A DNA stretch of 64,000 bases from NCBI GenBank assembly GCA_964604705.1, contig CAZSAP010000015.1:1124-65123 (forward strand), written 5' to 3'. Below are positions 55,597-64,000 of this stretch, in pieces. The stretch's first letter is position 1. Every line of letters begins with the position of its first letter. Below the pieces are notes generated by a model that was given only the letters and a program-made list of their open reading frames with translations, did not search any database and was not told the DNA's origin. Origin of the DNA: an uncultured bacterium (GTDB lineage: Bacteria; Oederibacteriota; JAAXVQ01). The position numbers and the translations under genes were made by a program.

Positions 55597-57720
55597 TCAC
55601 GCTTTGCGAAACACGACCACCACATTCATCATCCAATACGCGCCGTAGTCTTGCTCCCAGCGGTCCCAGAGCGCAGGTGCCTTGGGACGGAGCCATTGCC
55701 GGAGCGCATACGTCACATCCAACGGTCCGCGTCGGTACCCGTACCCGGCCGTGCGCACCCATGTCAATCCGTGCTCAGCGCCGGCGCGGATGAGTTCCCC
55801 GCGTGTATACTGCCGCTCCCAACCCCAGGGCCAATCGCCCTTCACGCGGTGCCACAGCTTGGCCAGGGTGTACGGGTTCCACGTCTGGGGTACATCCACC
55901 AACACAAACCCGCCGGGTTTGGTCAGACGCTGCATTTCGCGCCACACCGGCTCCGGGTCCGGAAAATGTTCAAGCAAGCCCTGCGAGTAGACCAAGTCAA
56001 AACGCCCGCCGGGCAAGCCCGTGCGTCGCACATCCGCACAATGCAGGGTAAGGCGGCGCTGCAAAAGGCGCGCGCCCTCGGCCGCCTGCGCCAGCGCGGT
56101 CTGAGAAAAATCCACACCCTGTACCCGCCACGCCGAATGCGCGGCCAAGTTCAAGGCATCCAAGGCCGGACCGCATCCCAATTCCAACACCTCACAAGGC
56201 TCGGTGACAGGCATGACACCCTCGGCCAGAGCATACAGCGGGACCCGGCCGGATCGACGCTCGGCCAAACGCGCTTCCCAATCCGCCGTTGCCGAATGCG
56301 CTTGCGACTGCCACACGTGCTCAAACCGTTGACGCCGCTCCGAACGCGGACGCGGCGGGCGCTGCGCCCAGACCAACGTGGCCCCGATCCAGAGCGCCAC
56401 GTGCACGCCGCGATCGTGGATCAAGCCGTGATCCAACAGGTTGGCCACGGCCACGCCGCCAATCCCTGCGGTGCAGGCCCAGACAGTGACATACTCTTTC
56501 AGTGCGGGCAGGCGGTCCGCACGGCGCGCGAGATGCCGGACCAGCCGAAAGAGTGCGGCCAAGCACAAGGCCAAACCCACGGCACCCAACTCCACCAAAA
56601 TGGTCAGATACAGATTGTGTGGATGCGTGATGACCCCCACGGGATTCACGCCCCCGCCCCAGGTGGGCGCCAGCCAACGGTACATGCCCGGCCCGATGCC
56701 CAACCAGGGTGCGCTTTGAAACAAACGCCCGGCCACCGCCAGATAATCCAAACGGTCCTGCAAGGTGGTTAATTTATATTTCAAAAACGTCGCATCCAAC
56801 CAACCCTGGTGCGTGACTGCAAGCACAACCAACCCGAGCGCCAAGACGCCGACCAGCCAAAGCGGATTCCATTGGCACCGATGCACGTACGCCCAGCCCA
56901 TAATCACACCGGCCACACCCAGCGCCAAGAGGCCCGTGCCTGAAAAGGTTAAGACCCAGGCCGAGAGCATCAGCAGCGCGCCGAACATGGCCAGGCCTTG
57001 GGTGAGCCTGCGCCGCGGCCAGAAAATTTCACTCAGCATCCAAGGCAGAATCAACGCCAACAAGAGCGCCAGGGTATTGGCGCCGTACTCCCCGGCGGCG
57101 CGCACAATCTCACGTTGCGCCCATTGCAGGGTTCCCAAATTCGGATGGGCCGCAGGGCCTTGCCAGACTTGGGCGAGTCCCACACACGCACTCACCGTGC
57201 CCGCCACGGCCAACGCCACCCAGACACGTTGCGCGTCTCGGCCGCGCCGGAGCAGATGGACGCTCAACAGCAAGACCGTAATCCATTCCATCCATCGGAC
57301 TGCGCCTTTCCACGCGGCGGCATGCTGCGCCCCCAAAGCCGAGAACACCACCACGGCGGCAAACGGCACCGCCCAGCCATACACCTTCACCACCGGTCGC
57401 CGCCAGGCCTTATGCCGTCCCCAGTGCCACGCCGCACCTGCGCACGCACAGACCAACACCACCTCGGTGGTGTAGAGCGTAAACCCGTTGATCAGGGCCG
57501 GTTGCTCGAACGGCGCCACCAAGGCCATCAGGACCAAAACCCAGGCCGGTTCCCACCACGCCAGGAACAAGGCCAAGGCCGCGATCAAGCCGCCGCTCCA
57601 AGACGCCTCCGGCGCCAGCAGCCATGCGCCTCCGATCACACCCACGGAAAAAACCGGAAGCGACGCGAACCCAACGCGGGCGCCAGGACCAGGCATCGTC
57701 GCGCCCTTAAGGTTTAGCAT
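55597..57720 (-). CDS. O-antigen ligase/polymerase-like (Wzy_C) membrane domain fused to a C-terminal class I SAM-dependent methyltransferase
   Basis: About 12 TM helices in residues 1-450. C-terminal VLELGCGPALDALNLAAHSAWRVQGVDFS...FDLVYSQGLLEHF methyltransferase motifs I and post-I. Confidence 0.7.
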   Translation of the reverse strand: MLNLKGATMPGPGARVGFASLPVFSVGVIGGAWLLAPEASWSGGLIAALALFLAWWEPAWVLVLMALVAPFEQPALINGFTLYTTEVVLVCACAGAAWHWGRHKAWRRPVVKVYGWAVPFAAVVVFSALGAQHAAAWKGAVRWMEWITVLLLSVHLLRRGRDAQRVWVALAVAGTVSACVGLAQVWQGPAAHPNLGTLQWAQREIVRAAGEYGANTLALLLALILPWMLSEIFWPRRRLTQGLAMFGALLMLSAWVLTFSGTGLLALGVAGVIMGWAYVHRCQWNPLWLVGVLALGLVVLAVTHQGWLDATFLKYKLTTLQDRLDYLAVAGRLFQSAPWLGIGPGMYRWLAPTWGGGVNPVGVITHPHNLYLTILVELGAVGLALCLAALFRLVRHLARRADRLPALKEYVTVWACTAGIGGVAVANLLDHGLIHDRGVHVALWIGATLVWAQRPPRPRSERRQRFEHVWQSQAHSATADWEARLAERRSGRVPLYALAEGVMPVTEPCEVLELGCGPALDALNLAAHSAWRVQGVDFSQTALAQAAEGARLLQRRLTLHCADVRRTGLPGGRFDLVYSQGLLEHFPDPEPVWREMQRLTKPGGFVLVDVPQTWNPYTLAKLWHRVKGDWPWGWERQYTRGELIRAGAEHGLTWVRTAGYGYRRGPLDVTYALRQWLRPKAPALWDRWEQDYGAYWMMNVVVVFRKA

Positions 57721-58204
57721 CTTGAGACTCAGGCTTCGCGGTTTGCGCCGGGAGCGGTTCCACCCGAACCACCAATCCCGAAAGCTCCACCCGCTCGGTG
57801 GTCACCAAACACCAGACCCCGGCTTTTAAATTACCGGGTGCACGTGCAAACCCAGGTTCGTCGCGCACCAAGGGAATCTCACCTTCCAACAAAACATCCA
57901 AAAGCATATCTTGCTCACCGGACCAGCGCCCCTTCTCATACTGACCCAAAGGCGGAACCCACTTGAGTGACAAAATGCGCCCCACGCGCTCGCCCCGGGA
58001 ATTCAAGACCGCATCCCCGGCCGAGACCCGCTCCATAACCGCCGGAATCGGACGCGGCAGGCGCACAGTGACATCCATGGGTTGCTTGTACGCGTTGGGC
58101 TTCCCGCCCCGGGCCAAACTGTACTGGATCACCAAGACCGCAGCCAGCAACGTCAGGACCACGGCCAGCACATCCCAGCCATTCAACCAGCGGTTGGATT
58201 TCAT
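57707..58204 (-). CDS. Hypothetical small membrane-anchored protein
   Basis: Single N-terminal TM (WDVLAVVLTLLAAVLVI). The track ORF begins at TTG; the ATG at 58204 is preceded by GGAGGG. Confidence 0.5.
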   Translation of the reverse strand: MKSNRWLNGWDVLAVVLTLLAAVLVIQYSLARGGKPNAYKQPMDVTVRLPRPIPAVMERVSAGDAVLNSRGERVGRILSLKWVPPLGQYEKGRWSGEQDMLLDVLLEGEIPLVRDEPGFARAPGNLKAGVWCLVTTERVELSGLVVRVEPLPAQTAKPESQDAKP

Positions 58205-58219
58205 CACACCCTCCGTTTC

Positions 58220-58270
58220 CAACTCCCCCCATCCCCCTCTTTGATAAAGAGGGGGAGCGAGGGGGCGTTG
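58220..58270. repeat. GC-rich palindromic element (CCCCCTCTTTGA.AAAGAGGGGG family), copy 3
   Basis: CAACTCCCCCCATCCCCCTCTTTGATAAAGAGGGGGAGCGAGGGGGCGTTG. Confidence 0.8.
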
Positions 58271-58273
58271 CAG

Positions 58274-59278
58274 TCACTGTCTACGCTTCTCTTCTTGCGA
58301 ACCAATACTTCGAAACGCCCACTCGCCCCGCAGCACCCAGTAGAGCCGCAGCCAGGGAATGATCAGAAATTGCGGCGCCAAGGTCGCCAGCTCACCGGGC
58401 GTCACATGCCGTTTCCGGCACTTGGCATAAACCGATCCGGCCCAGCCCAGCAACGCACCCATACTTCCAAGAACCGTTAAAGGCAGGATGTGTGCAGCCA
58501 AACCCAAGAGCAGGCCCGGCACACCTAAAAACAAGCCCCAGTAAAACACCGGGAACGCCCGCCCATCGATCCATTTCAATTTTTGTGCATACAGCTTAGG
58601 ATGCTTGCGCCGCAGCAAGGCTTCATGAAACCCGTAGCGGGCCTCGCGCAGAAACTGGGTGGGTCGCCCGGGCATCACCGGATGCCAAACGCGCGCCTCA
58701 CGCTCAAACACAATGCGCCCGCCTTGCCCCAACACGGAAAACGCCAGGTCCGAATCCTCCCGGTTGGCCCGCAGGTAGCGTTCGTCAAATCCACCCAAGG
58801 CTTGAAACACGCTGCGCCGATAAAACATATTGCAGGTCAGGTAATTGCCCCCGCGGACATTGGCAACCACATGATCAAACACACCTGCCGCGCGGGAGCC
58901 GGGTTCCACTTCCGTGGCCCCTTCCACTCCGGCCACCATTGGATCCGCGAAATGTTCACGGGCCGCCGACCACCAGGTCGGTTGCACGATAACATCCGAG
59001 TCCACAAACCCCAGAATCTCACCCTGGGCCGCCTCGGCGCCGCGATTGCGCGCAGCGGCCGGTCCTTGCGGGCGCTCGGAGCGCAACACACGCAGCGTGT
59101 AGGGATCCTTGCGCAGCGCCAAGTCTTCGGCCGTCCCGTCGTTGGACCCGTCGTCCGAGACAATCACTTCCAGTTCCCCGGGTTCGGCCTCCATGCGCCC
59201 TAAAGAGTCCAAGACCTTGGCGAGCAAGACCCGCCGGTTGTAGGTCGGGATAATTACCGACAAACGAAAATGCGCCAT
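58274..59278 (-). CDS. Glycosyltransferase family 2 with a C-terminal membrane anchor
   Basis: LSVIIPTYNRRVLLAKVLDSL...VIVSDDGSNDGT (GT-A DXD region). RBS AAGGAG 5 nt upstream. Confidence 0.85.
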   Translation of the reverse strand: MAHFRLSVIIPTYNRRVLLAKVLDSLGRMEAEPGELEVIVSDDGSNDGTAEDLALRKDPYTLRVLRSERPQGPAAARNRGAEAAQGEILGFVDSDVIVQPTWWSAAREHFADPMVAGVEGATEVEPGSRAAGVFDHVVANVRGGNYLTCNMFYRRSVFQALGGFDERYLRANREDSDLAFSVLGQGGRIVFEREARVWHPVMPGRPTQFLREARYGFHEALLRRKHPKLYAQKLKWIDGRAFPVFYWGLFLGVPGLLLGLAAHILPLTVLGSMGALLGWAGSVYAKCRKRHVTPGELATLAPQFLIIPWLRLYWVLRGEWAFRSIGSQEEKRRQ

Positions 59279-59387
59279 ACAATCTCCTTCAAGTATTCAA
59301 AGCTGTTTTATATGCATACACTCGCAAAACGTTTTTTCAGAAGCTCACTTAAAACATCAACGATACTGTACTTCTATAATAGGCCCC

Positions 59388-59614
59388 GGAAAGGGAGTCG
59401 TTTTTCTTTTTTTTTTAAAGAAACGCAATTTTTAATGCGGCTGTAGCTCGCATTCGCTCGAGTAAACCCTGAAGACGCAGGGTCACTCGTGGCACGCGGA
59501 AGGCTACATCCAGGCCTTGCAAAAATACCGAGTACTTGATCACACGACCGGTGCAGGAAGACATAGCGTTTCTTTAAAAAAAAAAGAAAAACGACTCCCT
59601 TTCCAGGGCCTTCT
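59388..59614. repeat. MITE-like element / long hairpin: perfect 39-bp terminal inverted repeats around an approximately 140-nt AT-richer structured core
   Basis: GGAAAGGGAGTCGTTTTTCTTTTTTTTTTAAAGAAACGC ... GCGTTTCTTTAAAAAAAAAAGAAAAACGACTCCCTTTCC, a perfect reverse complement. Core hairpins CGAGT..ACTCG, CCCTG..CAGGG and GGCTGTAGC..GCTACATCC. Confidence 0.85.
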
Positions 59615-59627
59615 GGATATAGCCTTT

Positions 59628-61052
59628 TCAACGCTTAAATTTTTCTCTCACCCAGGTCCAGTCTTCCGCATTAACGGTCCGGGTGAGCACCAGCGCGCCA
59701 CCGTACACCAGCGCCCCCAGGGCAATGCGCACCAGCACCGGCCAGGCCGGCAGAAACCACAAGGCCGCGCCCATGAGCGCGCCCGCGAGCAGCACCCCGC
59801 CGGCCGATTCCACGGCCAGTGGAAATACCTTGCGGTGGACATTCCAAGCGTACGCGCCAAACAGGAAACATTCGGTCACAGCCGCCGCGGCCGCGGCTCC
59901 AGCATAGCCCCACGTTGGGATTAAGAGCAGGTTTGCGCCTATGCTCATGACCACGGCCGAAGCCGCGACCAGGGCATTGACCTTCTGACGCTCGGCCATG
60001 ATCAAGACATACGAGAAGAGATAATTTAAAAAGATGAACCCCAAGGCCACCGAGAGCCAGGCCAGGGCCAGCCCCGAGGGCGCAAAGGCCTCACCGAACA
60101 CCAGGACCATCAGCGGACGCGCCAACAAGACGGCGCCGACGACCATGGGCACGGCCAACATGACCAGGAGTCGGATCAAACGCAACACGGCGCGCCGCGT
60201 ACGTTCCCGATCCGAAACAAACATTTTGGAAAACCCGGGATAGGTGGCGGCCACCAAGACCGCCGGCACCACCATCAACACTTCTATGCATTTATGCGCG
60301 GCCCCGTACCACCCCACCTCGGCCATGGGGCGCAGCTTGGTAAGAATCGTGGTATCGATGCGGAAATACAAATTAACAAACAGCGAGGTAAGGGTCAGCG
60401 GCAAGGCCTGCCGGAAGGCGAAGGCCCAGATCTCACGATCCCAGGCCAACCACTTCGCCACCCAACCGCGTTGCTTGAGAATCCAAGCCGCGGCCAGGAG
60501 CCCGCTCAGGCCCGCGGCCAAGTACGCCACGGCCACACCCAACAATCCCCACCCCAAACTCAAGGCCAAGAGCCCAAACCCCAGCAACGAGAGTTTCTGC
60601 CAGGTCATGACCCCGGCTTCCCACTGCATTTGCTGATGCGCTTGGAAAACAGCCGAGATAAATTCCGTAAACGAGTTAAAAAGCATGAACCCGGTTAAGA
60701 GCAGCACCGCCTTCCAGGCTTCGGGCGCCGGACCCACGACCCAAAGACCCAGGACCACGGCCAGAACAAACGCCAAACCCAACAGGAGCTTCATGGTCAA
60801 TACATTCGCAAAGAGTTGGGCCCCGCGCGTGGCATCCCGGCTGAGCTCACGGATCATCAACGGATTGAACCCAAAGTCGACCACAATGATAAACAGCAGG
60901 GGAAACGAATACGCAAAATTCAAGGTTCCGAAGTCCGCCTCCCGCAGTGTGCGGGCCACCCAAACCACAAAGGCAAACGAAAGCAGGCGGATCACCATCT
61001 CGCCGGCCCCCTTGAAGAAAACGTTTTTAGCCACCGCTTGTCCGAAACTCAT
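59628..61052 (-). CDS. Oligosaccharide flippase (Wzx, MOP superfamily)
   Basis: Twelve or more TM helices. MSFGQAVAKNVFFKGAGEMVIRLLSFAFVVWVAR N-terminus typical of polysaccharide biosynthesis protein/Wzx. Start at the second ATG (61052), which is preceded by AAGGAG. Confidence 0.8.
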   Translation of the reverse strand: MSFGQAVAKNVFFKGAGEMVIRLLSFAFVVWVARTLREADFGTLNFAYSFPLLFIIVVDFGFNPLMIRELSRDATRGAQLFANVLTMKLLLGLAFVLAVVLGLWVVGPAPEAWKAVLLLTGFMLFNSFTEFISAVFQAHQQMQWEAGVMTWQKLSLLGFGLLALSLGWGLLGVAVAYLAAGLSGLLAAAWILKQRGWVAKWLAWDREIWAFAFRQALPLTLTSLFVNLYFRIDTTILTKLRPMAEVGWYGAAHKCIEVLMVVPAVLVAATYPGFSKMFVSDRERTRRAVLRLIRLLVMLAVPMVVGAVLLARPLMVLVFGEAFAPSGLALAWLSVALGFIFLNYLFSYVLIMAERQKVNALVAASAVVMSIGANLLLIPTWGYAGAAAAAAVTECFLFGAYAWNVHRKVFPLAVESAGGVLLAGALMGAALWFLPAWPVLVRIALGALVYGGALVLTRTVNAEDWTWVREKFKR

Positions 61053-61192
61053 GCCGCTCCTTGATCGCATTTCCCTGATTCCACCGCTGAAAAACGGATT
61101 ATTGTATCACGCTTTTTCCAGACACCGCTGGGATTTTTCCATACCTCGCCCGCCTATCTCGCGTACACGTCTGGCCTAATTTAAAACGTTTA

Positions 61193-61307
61193 GGACATAA
61201 GGGCATGGCTGTGAAAGCCTCAGAGGAAATCCTTTTCATTAGAGGATTTCCGATGCGGAGCGAACCTCTCCGAAGTGAGCGCCTTTCACAGGCATGCCCT
61301 TATGTCC
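61193..61307. repeat. REP/MITE-like repeat, copy 3 of 3 (best preserved)
   Basis: GGACATAAGGGCATGGCTGTGAAAGCC-core-GGCGCCTTTCACAGGCATGCCCTTATGTCC: a 21-bp outer inverted repeat (one mismatch) flanking the conserved core. Confidence 0.85.
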
Positions 61308-61494
61308 TGTGTATAAAACTATTTTATTCTTACTTTTCACAAAACGAATGGGCCAAGGTCCTGCGTAGTGGAAGCTGGGTCCCGCATAATTGACGAGCAC
61401 GCATGTTGTGCGTACCTATCCGCGGTATCCCAATCGCCGCTTGGCGCCATGCCCATCTGCAACAAGCAGGACCTTGGCCTATTCGTTTTGACTG

Positions 61495-62454
61495 TTACCG
61501 AAACGATTTGTCAATGGTGTGCACATACACGGCGTTTTCATCCCTGCAGGCCACATACACGGTGGCGCCGTCCGGAGAAACAGCCAACGATCGGGGATTT
61601 TTTCCAGTAGGGATCACCAACGAGGCATCGGTCAGGAGATTGTAAATTTTCAGGCCTTGCGGAGAGATCGAGTAGATGTATTTGCCCATGGAGCCCAGTG
61701 AAAAATCACGCGCATCCTCGCCCACCGAGTAGGTCAGCCCGGCTTTTTGGTTGGGCAGGTCCACCATCTGGACCACACTGGCGGCTGGATACGCATCCCG
61801 ACCCGTGCACAACACATAGAGCGTGCTGTTCTGCGGAGAGACCAGCAGACGAATCGGATTGGCATGTACGGAAACGCGTTGCGGAGTTACGGTTTGCTCC
61901 AGCCGGAGCATGGTCAGCGAATGGCTTTTGGTGTTGGCCACCCAGAGCTTGTCCGTGCCCGGTTCCAAGATCAAATCCGTAGGCCGGGACTCAACCTCCA
62001 CCGGAGAGAGCGGCGCTCCGGCGAGAAAGGAATAGACCTTGTTTTGTTCCGGACTGCAAAACACATCCTGCTGCCGCTCCGGGTAAAACACCCAGGCGGC
62101 CGGATCGGCCGGAAGCGTAACGGTCTTTTGCGGCACCAGGTCCTTGCCTTTGAAGACCCACATCTTACGCGCTTGCTGCCCGAACACCCGGAGCGTCTGC
62201 GTCTCCGGGTTAAGGTACATGCGCAGCGCCCCGGCCTCCAACCCCACCCGGGAGACCCGCGCCTGGCGCTTCACGTCAAAGGTCATGACCGAGTGCTGGG
62301 TCTCGCAGGCCACGTACAAATACTGCCCGCGTGCATCCAGCATCACCTGCGTCGGTCCGTTCTCGGTCTTGAGCAGGCTCACGCGCTTGCCGCACCCGCT
62401 TAGCACCAGCACCAGGCCGAGTCCGACCCACACATACCGTTTCCATCCACTCAT
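61495..62454 (-). CDS. Lipoprotein with a YVTN-type beta-propeller repeat domain
   Basis: Signal peptide plus lipobox (LVLSGCG). Repeated LYV/VYV...sv motifs (QYLYVACE, KLWVANT, TLYVLCTG, TVYVACRD). Confidence 0.7.
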   Translation of the reverse strand: MSGWKRYVWVGLGLVLVLSGCGKRVSLLKTENGPTQVMLDARGQYLYVACETQHSVMTFDVKRQARVSRVGLEAGALRMYLNPETQTLRVFGQQARKMWVFKGKDLVPQKTVTLPADPAAWVFYPERQQDVFCSPEQNKVYSFLAGAPLSPVEVESRPTDLILEPGTDKLWVANTKSHSLTMLRLEQTVTPQRVSVHANPIRLLVSPQNSTLYVLCTGRDAYPAASVVQMVDLPNQKAGLTYSVGEDARDFSLGSMGKYIYSISPQGLKIYNLLTDASLVIPTGKNPRSLAVSPDGATVYVACRDENAVYVHTIDKSFR

Positions 62455-62469
62455 GGCGTCGCTTGTCCT

Positions 62470-63549
62470 TTACTCCTGCGGTTCATCCAAGTTCAAATGC
62501 TTCACTTCATGCAAAAGGGCCTCGACGGCCTCCTCGGCCGAAACCTTGCGCAGGGGCTTCCCCTTGGCAAACAGCATAAACGCACCGTCGGGCGCACCGG
62601 CAATGCCCACGTCGGCGTGCCGCGCTTCACCCGGACCGTTCACCACGCAGCCCATGACCGCCACGGTGATGGGGCGCATTTCCGTGGCCAGAGCCGCTTC
62701 CACCCGCGCCAATATTTTTTCCAAGTCCGAAGTGGTCCGCCCGCACGTGGGGCAGGCTATAATCTCAGCGCCGCGCTTGCGCACGCCGGTGATGGAGAGC
62801 AGCTGATTGGCCACGGGAATTTCCCGGACCGGATCGCCGGTGAGGGAGACCCGCAGCGTGTCGCCAATGCCCTCAAGCAGCAAGGGGCTCAGGCCCGCCG
62901 CGCTCTTCACCGCGCCGCTTAAAACACTCCCGGCCTCGGTAATGCCCAGATGCAAGGGCCAGAGACTGTGTTGCGCCAAATGCCGATACGCCGCGAGGGT
63001 GGTTTGAACATCCGAGGACTTCACGGAGAGCACCAGCGTCTTCACGCCCACTTTTTCAAAGGCCGAGGCATACTCAAGCGCCATGTCGGCCATGACCTTG
63101 CCCACGCCGTCGGGCGTATGCACATGCTTGCGCCGCGCTTCAGGGACCGAACCCGAGTTCACGCCAATGCGCACGGCCACGCCCTTGTCCTGCGCCGCAC
63201 GTCCGACTTCCAACGCCTTGCCCACCCCCATGTTTCCGGGGTTGATGCGAACCTTGGCCACTCCGGCCTGAATGGCCAGATGGGCCAGGGTGTCGTCAAA
63301 ATGAATGTCGGCGACCACCGGAAGCGGGGATTCGGAAACAATCTTAGGCAGTGCGCGCGCCGAGGCCTCGTCCGGCACCGCAACGCGGACCAGTTCGCAC
63401 CCCACGGCCGCGAGCTGCTGAATCTGCTTGAGCGTGGCCTTGACCTGCGTGGGGCGCGTGGTGGTCATGGACTGAATCAACACAGGAGATCCATGCCCGA
63501 TGGCCGTCGTCCCAATGGCCACGCGGTGCGTGCGTTGGCGGTGGAGCAT
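62470..63549 (-). CDS. ispG: 4-hydroxy-3-methylbut-2-en-1-yl diphosphate synthase (GcpE)
   Basis: GSPVLIQSMTTT, PVVADIHFD, and CPTCGRT plus GCVVNGPGE Cys ligands. Confidence 0.9.
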   Translation of the reverse strand: MLHRQRTHRVAIGTTAIGHGSPVLIQSMTTTRPTQVKATLKQIQQLAAVGCELVRVAVPDEASARALPKIVSESPLPVVADIHFDDTLAHLAIQAGVAKVRINPGNMGVGKALEVGRAAQDKGVAVRIGVNSGSVPEARRKHVHTPDGVGKVMADMALEYASAFEKVGVKTLVLSVKSSDVQTTLAAYRHLAQHSLWPLHLGITEAGSVLSGAVKSAAGLSPLLLEGIGDTLRVSLTGDPVREIPVANQLLSITGVRKRGAEIIACPTCGRTTSDLEKILARVEAALATEMRPITVAVMGCVVNGPGEARHADVGIAGAPDGAFMLFAKGKPLRKVSAEEAVEALLHEVKHLNLDEPQE

Positions 63550-64000
63550 TACGGTTGTCCTCCGAAAAACGGCGTGATCAACTTGCTGATGTCATTGTAG
63601 GTGGCAAAGACCATGAGCGCCATTAAAAGCGCAAAGCCCACGCGCTGCGACCCTTCCTGCCACTTGCGGGAAACCGGGCGGCGCAAAATGCCCTCGAGAA
63701 TAAAGAACACGGCGCTCCCGCCGTCCAAAATCGGAATGGGCAGCAGGTTCAACACACCGAGCATGACCGAGATGCCGGCCAGGAAAAAAAGAAAGTCCAC
63801 GGGGCCGGAGCGCGCTTCCTGCCCCGCCATGCGCACAATGCTGATGGGTCCGCCCACCGAATCCTTGGCCGCAATCTGCCCGGTCACCATCTGCCCGAGC
63901 GAGATCACGATGGTCTTCATCAAAATCCACGTCTGCATGCTGCCGTAGCCGTAGGCCGTGAAAAACGGATAACTTACCTTGTGCTCCCGGTCCGACGACT
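63549..64000 (-). CDS. rseP: RIP metalloprotease RseP (site-2 protease), C-terminal part; the 5' end lies beyond the window
   Basis: LNLLPIPILDGG motif and C-terminal TM. The ORF continues to the window edge. Confidence 0.8.
   Translation of the reverse strand, partial: SSDREHKVSYPFFTAYGYGSMQTWILMKTIVISLGQMVTGQIAAKDSVGGPISIVRMAGQEARSGPVDFLFFLAGISVMLGVLNLLPIPILDGGSAVFFILEGILRRPVSRKWQEGSQRVGFALLMALMVFATYNDISKLITPFFGGQP

Noticed and set aside
59388-59614. Retron ncRNA (msr/msd) interpretation of the long inverted-repeat elements
   Set aside because: Retron ncRNAs have flanking a1/a2 inverted repeats, but they require an adjacent reverse transcriptase gene. No RT-like ORF exists anywhere in the window. 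The flanking genes are a flippase and a GT2.

Overview
This is a high-GC (about 60%) bacterial chromosomal segment, and all ~60 protein-coding genes I can support lie on the minus strand. I worked by eye from the sequence and the ORF track; no BLAST or HMM search was possible. Reading in the direction of transcription (high to low coordinates) the content is:

- the 3' end of a site-2 protease (rseP) and ispG
- a YVTN beta-propeller lipoprotein
- a large Wzx/Wzy-type glycan locus: flippase, GT2, an O-antigen-ligase/polymerase fused to a SAM methyltransferase, four GT4, an ArnT-like GT, two GT9 heptosyltransferases, a WbaP-like initiating transferase, two epimerases and an NDP-sugar pyrophosphorylase
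- a tightly overlapping lipid-type operon (Cys-less KS-like protein, polysaccharide deacetylase, LolA-like, lipoprotein, FabZ-like hotdog)
- mnmA, an FAD oxidoreductase, a DUF3795 Cys-rich protein and uvrA
- a ferredoxin / DUF116 / ThiI-like PP-loop cluster and a metallophosphoesterase
- a very long regulatory sugar-PTS operon (rpoN-hpf-ptsN-hprK-YvcK-like, a complete mannose-family EIIA/B/C/D set, HPr, EI, galU, a GT26 and an NtrC-family sigma-54 activator)
- dnaK with a textbook sigma-54 promoter, then htrA, an LCP-family protein and argS
- an unrecognised 499-aa protein, a secreted alkaline phosphatase, a T9SS-type cargo protein with its PorP/PorV-like beta-barrel partner, and queC.

The intergenic regions carry several repeat and long inverted-repeat elements:

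- a roughly 100-bp REP/MITE-like element in three copies
- a GC-rich palindrome family, CCCCCTCTTTGACAAAGAGGGGG, in three copies
- a 33-bp direct repeat pair upstream of one GT4 gene
- four unrelated long nested inverted repeats with 23-39 bp arms, which remain unexplained and are the most unusual feature of the window.

No rRNA, tRNA or CRISPR array was seen.
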